A stretch of DNA of 62,767 nt, the filler included, from Chiloscyllium plagiosum (lineage: Eukaryota), in NCBI RefSeq assembly GCF_004010195.1. It is 4 parts of one record of this genome, joined end to end, with 100 filler letters (N's around TTAATTAATTAA, not from the genome) between each part and the next. Parts side by side here need not be neighbours in the genome. Positions count along the whole stretch, not along the records: positions 45,727 to 57,892 come from NC_057712.1; positions 57,993 to 62,767 come from NC_057712.1; 2 more parts are not named here. The stretch is one strand, 5' to 3'. This document shows, in pieces, positions 52,250 through 62,767 of the stretch. Under the pieces are notes generated by a model that saw nothing but the letters and a program-made list of their open reading frames with translations, was not told where the DNA came from and did no database searches. Position numbers and translations under genes: made by a program. The stretch's first letter is position 1. Each line of letters begins with the position of its first letter.

Positions 52250-53370
52250 GGACATCTTTAACCTCTCCTTACTACAACCTGAAGTCCCTGCTTGCTTCAG
52301 GAAGACCACCATCATTCTGCCTCCAAAGAAAATTCATGCAGTATGCCTCAATGACTACCACCCGGTAGCTCTGATGTCCATAATTATGGAATTCTTCAAG
52401 ACGTTAGTCATGGCTCCCATCAACTCCAGTCCATCAAACTGCCTTGATCCTTTGCAAATCACCCATCATCATAACAAGTCCACAGCAGGCACCATCTCCC
52501 TGGCCCTACACTCAGGAAGAGCTGGATAACAAGGACACCTACGTCAGGCCCCTACTTATTGACTACAGTTCTGTCTTCAACACCATAATTCCAAACAAAC
52601 TCATCCCTAAGCTCTGAGACCTAGGTCTTGGCTCCCCCCTCTGTAACCAGCTCCTCCACTTCCTGACCCATAGACTGCAATCAGTAAGAATAGGCAACGA
52701 TACCTCCTTCATTGTATCCACTACACCAGTACCTCACAAGGCTGCATACTCAGCCCCATACTACTTACACACACACGAATGTGTGACCAAATTCAGCCCC
52801 AACTCCATTTATAAGTTTGCTGACAACACCACCATTGTAGGTCGGACCTCAAAGAATGATGAGACAGAATACATTAGCAGCATGGTGTAACGATAATCTC
52901 TCCACCAAAGTCAGCAAAATAAAGGAGCTGGTCATTGACTTCAGGAAGTGGAGTGGAGGGCATACTCCCGTCTACATCATTGGAGTTGAGGTGGAGATCA
53001 ATGAGAGCGTCATGTTCTGGGAGTGATGATCACCAACGATCTGCCCTGGTCCACCCACGACAACGTGATGTCCAAGAAAGCACAACAACATCTCTACGTC
53101 CTCAGGAGGCTAAGGAAATTCAGCATTGGTAAGGACTCCTACCAATTATTATAGATGCACCATAGAAAGCCAATCCAATCTGGATACATCAGAGTGTACT
53201 ATGGGAACTGCTCTTCCTAAGACCACGAGAAACTCTGTGGCTGTAACACTGTATTCTCACTCTGTTCTGCTACCCGAATGCACTTTGTATGGAATGATCT
53301 GCCTGTATAGCAGGCAAAACAACACTTCTCACGCCATCTCAGTACATGTGACATCAACAGTCAATCAAAA
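52250..53370 (+). mobile_element. Rex1/Babar-type LINE RT remnant
   Basis: VPACFRKTTIILPPKK..CLNDYHPVALMS, then degenerate DYSSVFNTI and KFADNTTI. Confidence 0.75.
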
Positions 53371-53679
53371 TAGAGGAGATTGGTTAGGAGTGGATTGGAA
53401 CACAAAGCCTAGAGAGGTAACAATTACAGGAACAGAGCTGGGGGCAACATTACGGAGGTGGGAATAGGTAGGTTTAACAATGACAACGACATGGAGTTGG
53501 AAGGTCATATCGGGATTGGTAATCTCATTAAAGTTGTCAACCATCTGTTGCAGCCTCTGAACATACCAAGCGGAAGGAATAGAGTCATTAGCTAATGAGG
53601 ATATGAAGACAGTGGCTCTTTCAGTGATAGGAAATTTCTGCTCAACAGAAATTCTGCTTCAGGCATATGTGAAGATGAA

Positions 53680-54980
53680 GTGTCAACCTGGTGAAGCCCC
53701 CAAACAGGACCAGTTATGTGCCAAACAGCAGAAGCAGCAGGTGATGGACAGAGCTAAGTGATCCCACAAACAATGGATCAGATCTCAGCTCTGCAGTCCT
53801 GCTACACCCAATTGCAAATGGTGGTTCGATTAAACAACTCACTGGAGGAGGAGGCCCCACAAACATCCCCATCCTCAATGATGGAAGAGCCCAGCACATC
53901 CGTGCAAAAGATAAGGCTGAAGCTTTCACAGCAATCTTCAGTCAGAGGTGCTGAGTGGATGATCTCAGTCTCCTCCAATGGTCCCCAGCATTACAGATAC
54001 CAGTCTTCAGCCAATTCAACTCACTCCACGTGATATCAACAAATGGTTGGAGATACTGGATATTGTAAAGGCTATGGGCCCTGACAACATTCCGACAATA
54101 GTACTGAAGACGTGCTCCAGAACTTGCCGCTCCCCTAGCCAAGCTGTTCCAGTACAGTTACAATACTGGCATCTACCTGACAATGTGGAAATTTGACCAG
54201 GTATGCCTATACATAAAAAGCAGGATAAATCCAGATTGACAGGGTTGTTAAGAAGGCATACAGTGTTTTGGCCTTTATTAACAGAGTGACTGAGTTCTGG
54301 AACCAGGAGGTTATGCTGCAGCTATACAAAGCTCTGGTACAGCTACACTTGGAGTATTGTGTACAGTTCTGGTCACCGCATTATAAGAAGGATGTGGAAG
54401 CTTTGGAAAGGGTGCAGAGGAGATTTACTAGGATGTTGCCTGGTATGGAAAGAATGTCTTACGAGGAAAGGCTGAGGGCCTTGAGGCTGTTCTCGTTAGA
54501 GAGAAGAAGGTTAAGAGGTGACTTAATAGAGACATACAAGATAATAAGTATGGGGACAGCAAACGCGAGGGGACATAACTTTAAATTAAGGGATGATAGA
54601 TATAGGACAGATGTCAGAGGTAGTTTCTTTACTCAGAGTAGTAAGGGTATGGAATGCTTTGCCTGCAACGGTAGTAGATTCGCCAACTTTAAGTGCATTT
54701 AAGTTGTCATTGGACAGGCATATGGACATACATGGAATAGTGTAGGTGGGATGGGCTTCAGATTAGTATGACAGGACGGTGCAACATCGAGGGCCGAAGG
54801 GCCAGTACTGCGCTGTAATGTTCTATGTTCTAAATCCAATCTGGCCAATTACCGCCCTATCACTTTACTCTTGATCATCAGTAATGTGATGGAAGGTGTC
54901 ATCAATCGTGCTATCAAGCAGCACCTGCTCAGTGACGCCCAGTTTGGATTCTGCCAGGGCCACTCAGCTCCTGACCTTAT
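53680..54980 (+). mobile_element. LINE fragment (same family as 15005-16945) interrupted by a CR1 3' piece (54235-54830)
   Basis: KAMGPDNIPTIVLKTC; LEYCVQFWSPHYKKDVEALERVQRRFT; taaatcca repeated at both CR1 junctions. Confidence 0.8.
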
Positions 54981-55499
54981 CCTCGATGGGCATCAATACT
55001 AGAGCTATAGAGTTATAGAGGTCTACAGCACAGAAAAAGGCCCTTCAGCCCATCGCACCCATAGCTGATCAAAAACAACCACCTCCCTATCCTAAACCCA
55101 TTTCCAGCACTTGGCCCATAGCCTTCTGTATCATGGTATCACAGGTTGACAGTTTTAATGTGTGGAGGTATATACTGTGTTACCAACAGTATGTTACAAA
55201 GGTCTTTTCTGGGCGTATCAGTGCCTTAAATTCCAGGAGCACTTGTGTATTTGAACATAATGCGTTTGATGGTAAAAGTATCATTAAACACCCATTTAAT
55301 GGTTGGAGAAAGCAACACAAAATCCACATCTCAGGGAGAGGCACTAAAATTAAAAACTGGAGATGGTGTGGGAAAGTGTCATTGATAGCGATGGTCAACC
55401 AGGACCGAACTGAGTGGCTAAATGGAGTTCTGTTCTTATCTTGTTCCTGCAGTTGGAGGCAATCCAACCAATGCTAGCTAATTAGGAGGACAACCAGCA

Positions 55500-57555
55500 T
55501 AGAACATAGAACAGTACAGGCCTTTTGGCCCATCGATGTTGTGCTAACCTTTTATCCTATTCTAAGATCAGACTAACCTATATACCCTTCATTATACTAT
55601 CATTCCATGTGCCAATCCAGGAGTTGCTTAAATGTCCCTAATGTATCTGACTCTATTACCACTACTAGCAGTACATTCCATACTGGTCTAGTTCAGTTGG
55701 CTGGATGGTTGGGTTACATAGCAGTGTGATGCCAACAGCGTGGGTTCAATGCCCATCAGTGGTCTGAGGTTACCATGAAGGACTGTCTTTCTCAACCTCG
55801 TCCCATGCCTGCGGTCTGGTGGCCCTCACCACCAGTTGCTTCTCTCTAATGAGAGAGCAGCCCCTCTGGTCTGCTAAGACTATGGTGGCACAACAACAGC
55901 ATTCCACACACCCACCACTCGCTGTGTAAAGAACCTACCGCTGACATCTCCCCTCAACCTTCCTCCAATCACCTTAAAATTATGCCCGTTCATGATACTC
56001 CACCCTGGGAAAGAGTCTCTGGCGATCCACTCTATGCCTTTCATCACCTTGTACACCTCTATCAAGCCAGCTCTCCTTCGTCTTCGCTCCAATGAGAAAA
56101 GCCCTAGCTCCCTCACCCTTACTTCATAAGACCTGCCCTCCAGTCCAGGCAGCATCCTGGTAAATCTCCTCTGCACCCTCTCTAAAGCTTCCACATCCTT
56201 CCTGTAATGGGACGACCAGAACTGAACACACTATTCCAAGTGTGGTCTAACCAGAGGTCCATAGAGCTGCAGCATAACCTCGCGGCTCTTAAACTCAATC
56301 CCCCAAAGCCAACCCACAATTCACCTTCTTAACAACCCTATCAATATGGGTGGCAACTTTGAAGGATCAGTACCTTGAGGTTGTAATTCCTGTACCTAGA
56401 CTGAGGTGATGCCCTCAAATATATTCCTGAGAAGATCACTGGCAATATGGGCACTCTACCTGATAAAGGAGCAGTGCTCCAAAAGCTTGTGATTTCAAAT
56501 AAAGCTGTTGGATTATAACCTGATGTCGTTTGAATTCTGACAAAATCAGTTTCACTTTGGGGATGGGGGCAGGTTTCTGAGTCAAAAGCAGACGTGACTC
56601 CCCTTTCCCACCTTTGTGGTGATAACTCAATCCTTGGGGTCCCAACAGCGGGAGGGCCCAGAGGCTCAGCCAGACTGTGGATTTGTAGCCGGTCACCACA
56701 GGATAGGTGGGAGAAAGCCACCGGAAATGTAAAGCAAAGGCAGATCCAAAACGATTTGGGGGAGCTGCTCTTTCACTCGCAAGGACAAACAGATAAATCT
56801 ACGGAGTGCTGCAGTTTTAGCAAAGTGCTCGTTTGAACTGGAAGGGCTTTGCTGGACCAGATGAAACCCAATTATGCTGTATATCATGTGAAGGCTTTTA
56901 AAACAGTATTGCTCATACTCGTTTTACACATGATAGGGCAGTCATTCCAACTTTTTGTGACCCTGATGAAATACTCTGTCAAACACATATCTTTGTGCTG
57001 ATTTTGCTGGGCTGCTGTTACCTCAGCACCCGTCTGTCTGCCACACAGTGTTTGCGGTTTCTTTCTGAAGGGAGTGAGGCGGGAGAATATAATTGCACTT
57101 TCTCCCGCAACTATAGGGAGCTACAGGGAGAGGCTGAACAGGCTGGGACTGTTTTCCCTGGAGTGTCGGAGGCTGACGGGTGACCTTAAAGAGGTTTATA
57201 AAATCATGAGGAGCATGGATAGGGTAAATAGGCAAAGTCTTTTTCCTGGGGTTGGGGAGTCCAGAATTAGAGGGCATAGGTTTAGGGTGAGAGGGAAAGG
57301 ATATAAAAGAGACCTAAGGGGCAACGTTTTCATGCAGAGGGTGGTGCGTGTATGGAATGAGCTGCCAGAGGACGTGGTGAACGCTGGTACAATTAAAGCA
57401 TTTAAAAGGGATCTGGATGGGGACATGAATAGGAAGGATTTAGAGGGATATGGGCTAAGTGCTGGCAAATGGGATTGGATTAATTTAGGAGATCTGGTTG
57501 GAACGGCCAAGTTGGAGTGAAGGGTCTGTTGCCCTGTGCTGTACATCTCTATGGT
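55500..57555. mobile_element. CR1 3' fragments (- at 55500-56370, + at 57115-57555), a tRNA-derived SINE at 55683-55885 and a degenerate PLE pLTR at about 56450-56550
   Basis: CR1 C-terminal ORFs in the track; decayed hammerhead core ctgataaaggagcagtgctccaaaagct. Confidence 0.75.
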
Positions 57556-57704
57556 TCTGGGGTGTCCTTTCACTGGGGTTCACAAATATGTTTTATGAAT
57601 TTTCACCCTCAGGGGTGCGCCAGTCCCCAGCTGCTAAACCTTGAGCAGTGCTGTCGATTCTCCTCATGGTCGGCTCCTCAAGGTGATCGTGTGGCTGCCA
57701 GCTA

Positions 57705-57892
57705 ACCCTCCTCACCTCCTCCTGACCCTCCTCACCTCCTCCTGACCCTCCTTACCTCCTCCTGACCCTCCTCACCTCCTCCTGACCCAACTCACCTCCT
57801 CCTGACCCTCCTGACCTCCTCCTGTCCCTCCTCACCTCCTCCTCGCCCTCCTTACCTCCTCCTGACCCTCCTCACCTCCTCCTGACCCTCCT
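57705..57892. repeat. 20-bp pyrimidine-rich minisatellite (accctcctcacctcctcctg)n, running into a gap
   Basis: About 9.5 copies visible. Confidence 0.95.
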
Positions 57893-57992
57893 NNNNNNNN
57901 NNNNNNNNNNNNNNNNNNNNNNNNNNNNNNNNNNNNTTAATTAATTAANNNNNNNNNNNNNNNNNNNNNNNNNNNNNNNNNNNNNNNNNNNN
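57893..57992. other. Artificial scaffold linker
   Basis: N44-TTAATTAATTAA-N44. Confidence 0.95.
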
Positions 57993-58191
57993 TCCTTGGA
58001 TGCTGCCTGACCTGCTGCGCTTTTCCAGCAACACATTTTCAGCTCTGATCTCCAGCATCTGCAGTCCTCACTTTCTCCTTGCTGCATAACGACCCAAGCA
58101 AAAGTGAGGACTGCAGATGCTGGAAACCAGAGTTTAGATCAGAGTGGTGCTGGAAAAGCACAGCGGTCAGGCAGTATCCGAGGAGCAGGAA

Positions 58192-58227
58192 AATCGACGT
58201 TTCGGGCAAAAGCCCTTCATCAGGAAT
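58192..58227 (-). ncRNA. Minimal hammerhead ribozyme motif (PLE family 2)
   Basis: Minus strand reads CTGATGA-a-GGGC-tttt-GCCC-GAAA-CG-TC-gat. Confidence 0.75.
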
Positions 58228-59279
58228 AGATGATAATGACTCACCCCACCCAACAGAATCTTTCATGATTGGCTCCATCTCCAGTTTACCCAGAACGACT
58301 TGACACTGCTGGAATATCCCAGGATTCACCAGCATCCACTGTGACTCACACCATCTTTAAAATCCCATTGTGTACCTGGACACGCATTGTTCAGCCGGAG
58401 ATATTGTACCCACTCGCTTGGGACACCTCACTGCCTGCCATTCAGCACCAACTTACAGCACCTAGTTTCATCTCCATTGTTAGCTTCTTTGGTTATCATT
58501 TCATGAGGAAAGCCACAGGGCAGAACAAGTGAAGATGGGTAGTGGGCTGTCCATAATTTCACTCCCCATCCCTTGTGAGGAGGGGATCCGTTCTCTGACC
58601 AGCCCTCTGAGCAGGGCCTGGAATCAGAGCCTGCCCTTATTTCACTCGGAAATTCTGGCTGAGGTGATTTCCTCCTTGACCTGATTGAGGATGGCTGACA
58701 GCCACACCTTTCTGGCTTTGTACCTGTGTTAAAAGGCATGGAAAGACAGTTGTAATACTTGCCTTGTATCTCTGGCTGACGGGCACAAAAAGACAAAGTG
58801 AAAAGATGCTGGGAGCTTCAGGTACATGCAGAGTGAGTGGTTGCTATGACAGCGAGAAGCAAGCTCAGGGGTGCGGCCTGGTCTAGTGTGTGAGCTGGAT
58901 GTGTGTCCCTGAGCCAGCATTGTCCTGGCTGCAGCGTTACAATGGTAGCTGCCCTGACTTCCACCTCTACTACACAGCTAACAGCCTCCTCCCTCTGATG
59001 CAGGCACTAGTGCAATGCACTCAACCTCTGCTCAAAGGAGCCTGTCTATCAGCTCCTCCCGTGTGTCTGAGGTAAAGGCCAGTCTATCAGCTCCTTCTCT
59101 ATATCTGAGAAAGGAACCCATGTTCTCAGCCATTAGTGACTTTATCTAAATGTACAGTGAGCCATAGGGATAGCAGGAAGGTCTGTCAGAGACACTCAGG
59201 TAACTGCACGGGATGTTGCTGTTCCCACATTGGTTCCAGTTTGCATGCGCCTGGCTGTCTCCATGGACACAGTGGAATG

Positions 59280-62200
59280 TAGGAATCTGGTATGTAGGAG
59301 CAGGAGGAGGCCATTCATTCCCTTGAGCCAGCTTCGCCATTCAATATGACCATGATTATTCATGCATTCAGTGCACTGTTCCTGCTTTCTCCCCATAACC
59401 TTTGACCCTTTAAATACAAGAGTTACATTTAATTCTTGAAAACGTTTGATGTTTTGGCCTTAACCACTTTCTATGGCAGGGACATCCATGTGCTCACCAC
59501 TCTCTGGGGGAAGAAATTACTCCCCATCTCAGCAATGGCCTCCTCCATATCTTTAGACTGTGTCCCCTGGTCAATGGGAATATACTTCCTGAGCCCTGTT
59601 AGAGTTTTATACGCCCTCATTCTTCGAAGCTCCAGTGAATGTAGTCCTAACCAATCCCTGTGTCCCAGGGATCCATTTGATAAATCCTCATTGTACTGCC
59701 CCCTAGCCAGAACATCCTTCCACAGGTGAGGAGACCAAAACTGTCCACAATACTGCAGACGTGTTCTCACCAAGCAACACCAAGGAAGAGCCAAGCTCAG
59801 CAAAATGCTGATTGGTTGCTGGAAATGCCCACAGATCTGCACTCCATTGCTCTTGGTATTGGCGTTCAGCATTGGTGGCAGATTGTGGGGTGGGCAAACG
59901 AACTTGACATCACTCCATGTGTTCTTTCCTCTCAAGGAGACCCAGCAGTGCCTCGGAGGGACCAGACACTGCCTTCCCCCAGGTCTCTTCTCAGCTTACT
60001 CCAGGGATGCCAGGCTCCACTGTCTCCACTCCATCCCACCCCACCTTCGGCAGACCTTGCAGCTGAAGAGGGTGATCCTACCTCTGGACTGGCCACACTC
60101 AGAACATATGGCCCTCTAGCCACTAATGGCCTAGGATCATCCACCCAGATCTCCCAGGCCAACCCAGCTCACTGCTGTAAAATAAAACAAAGGACTGCCG
60201 ACGCTGGAGATCTGAAACGGAAATAGAAACTGCTGGAGAAACTCAGCAGGTCTGGCAGCTTCTGTGGAGAGAAAGCAGACTCTCTCCACAGGGACCCCTT
60301 ATTCAGAAAGATTCATTACAGAGCAGGCTGCAGCCTTTCTGTGGATCCCAGGGCTACACTTTGCTGTTGTATGAGGGGTAGGAAAAATAAAATGCTCTCA
60401 GGACGCAAAGGTAGCATACCTGGCACATCATGTAAAGACCCTTTAACATCTGTGAATACGTGTGCACTTTCAGCCGTCCCATGTCCCATTGTTAACTATC
60501 TGACCCTGTTAAGAAATCATTGTGTCAGAGTTAAGTGCCTTCTTCATACATATGACCATTTGATATAGGAGCAGAATGAGGCCATTCTGCTCATTGATGC
60601 AGTCTGGTCACCCTGTTATGGGAAGGATATTATCAGGCTGGAGAGGGTTCAAAAGAGATTTTGCCGGGTATGGAAGGCTTGCGTTATAAAGGCTGGGACC
60701 TTTTTCACTGGAGCGTAGGAGGTTGAGAGGTGGTCTGATGGAACTTTATAAAATAATGAGGGGTCTAGATAGGGTTGATGGTAGTTGCCTTTTTCCCAAG
60801 ATGGGGGATTTCAAGACAAGGCAGCATACTTTTAAGATGAGCAGAGCGAGATTTTTAAAAAGGCTTAAAAGGTATGTTTTTTAACACAGAGGGTGGTTCG
60901 TGCGTGGAATGAACTTTCTGAGGAAGTGGTGGATGTGGGTACAATTACAATGTTTAAAAGACATTTGGATAGATACATGAATAGGAAAGGTTTGGGAGGA
61001 CATGGGCCGGGAGCAGGCAGGTGGGACTAGCTTAGTTTTGGATTATGTTCAGCATGGACTGGTTGAACCGAAAGGTCTGTTTCTGTGTTGTATGGCTCTA
61101 TGACTCCATGACTCTGCTCCACCATTTGAATACGGCTGCAATGTTTCTCAACCCCAATCTTCTGGCCTCCACAGCTCTCTGGCTGAAGAAATTTCTCCAC
61201 ATGTAAAGGGTTGCCCTGTCATTCTGAGGCTGTGCCTTAGAGTCCTAGTCTCTCTTGGTATTGGAACCATCTTCTCCATGTCCACTCCATCCAGGCCTCT
61301 CAGTATTCTCTAAGTTTCAATCAGATCCCCTCCCACCTAATCCTTCTAAACTCCATTGAATACAAACCCAGAGTCCTGAACCATGCCTCATGTGACAAGC
61401 TCCTCATATCTGGGATCGTTCTTGTCAATGTCCTCTGGACCCCCTCCAATGCCAGCACATTCTTCCTTAGATAGAGGATCTAAACTGCTCACAATATTCC
61501 ACATGCACTCTAACTGGAGCCTTATACAGCTTCAGCAGTACATCACTGCTCATGTATTCTAGCTATTTTGAAATGAATGCTCACATTGCATTTGCTTCCT
61601 GTCAATTGAACCTGCAAGTTAATCTTAAGAGAATCCTGAACTAGGATAACCTCACACTTTCCCACATTGCATTCCATCTGCCACTCCTTTGCATACTTTC
61701 CTATCCTATCCAAGTCCTTCTGCAGCCTCCTTGCCTCCTCAACACTACCTGTCCCTTCACCTATCTTTGTGTCATTTGCAAAAATCGCAACAATGCCCTC
61801 AGTCCTTTTGTCCAGATTGTAAATAGTATAATGTGAATAGTTGTGGTCCCAATACTGAGGCCACTAGTCACCCACTGCCATCCTGAAAAAGACCCCTCCA
61901 CCCCTACCCTTCTGACAGTCAGCTAATCCACTGTCCATGCCAGTACCTTGCCCCTAACGCCATGACCTCTCATCGAGCAGTATCCTGTGCAGCGCCTTGT
62001 CAAAAAGATCATGTCTGCTGGCTCTCCTTTGTTTAACATGTTACATCCTAAAGACAGTTGAAGTTATAAAGGTGAGGCATTGCTCATTTCTGAGAAGCAT
62101 TGAGAGCAACAAGTAGCAGGGTTCCTACTTGTCCTTGCACTTGTTCATAACTGTAGCCAAGACTTTACTTTTTAATGAGGAGAGCCCTGAGGTGAATGCT

Positions 62201-62767
62201 AGTGTGAATGCCTGAGGATAGGGACTGGCCAACACTCATGTTCTGTACTCACGGCTGCCTTGTGTGTGTCAGTATGTGATCATTCTTGAGTGCACTCTTC
62301 TCTGGAGGCAAAGGCCCATTCTTTCAAAGTGTTTTACAAAGGAACACACATTCATGCAATGATCCGTGATGTCCAGTATTCAATTAACATTCCAACCCTG
62401 CCTTACTGCACATAGTTCTGGTGGGAAGCAGCACTGAAAGTGCAGCCTCTGGCTGTGTAGTTATAAAGTCATAGAGATGTACAGCATGGAAACAGACCCT
62501 TCGGTCCAACGCGTCCATGCGGACCAGATATCCCAACCCAATCTAGTCCCACCTGCCAGCATCCGGCCCATATCCCTCCAAGCCCTTCCTATTCATATAC
62601 CCATCCAAATGCCTCTTAAATGTTGCAATTGTACCAGCCTCCACCATTTCCTCTGGCAGCTCATTCCATACACGTACCACCCTCTGTGTAAAAGGTTGCC
62701 CCTTAGGTCTCTTTTATATCTTTCCCCTCTCACCTAAACCTATGCCCTCTAGTTCTGGACTCCCCGA
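59280..62767. mobile_element. Cluster of CR1 3' fragments (- at 59280-59780, + at 60590-61110, - at 61150-62050, - at 62465-62767)
   Basis: Recurrent CR1 C-terminal and 3' UTR motifs (acacagagggtggttcgtgcgtggaatgaact; ctgtatg..ctctatgactc). Confidence 0.75.

Overview
Repeat-dense eukaryotic DNA. The repeat set (CR1 LINEs, HE1-type V-SINEs, Penelope-like elements, Rex1, Gmr1-like Gypsy) points to a cartilaginous fish, probably a shark (inference). Only three host exons can be supported. One is the terminal exon (5331-5447, +) of a PLP-dependent class-V aminotransferase-like gene resembling cysteine desulfhydrase / hercynylcysteine sulfoxide lyase. The other two are kinase-domain exons (51615-51691 and 51368-51521, -) of the Src-family kinase FYN; its last two exons are not visible in the window. 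Mobile DNA dominates: a two-LTR Gmr1-like retrotransposon (tRNA-Pro PBS, integrase upstream of RT), a nest of CR1 and Penelope-like elements (33.6-44.0 kb), and many short Penelope-derived fold-back insertions with long TSDs. Penelope-type terminal repeats carry at least four structurally distinct minimal hammerhead ribozyme motifs. There are three minisatellites, one 582-N gap and three artificial 100-bp scaffold linkers (N44-TTAATTAATTAA-N44), so long-range order is uncertain. Most ORFs in the supplied track are TE fragments or spurious. TE boundaries are approximate unless a TSD is quoted.
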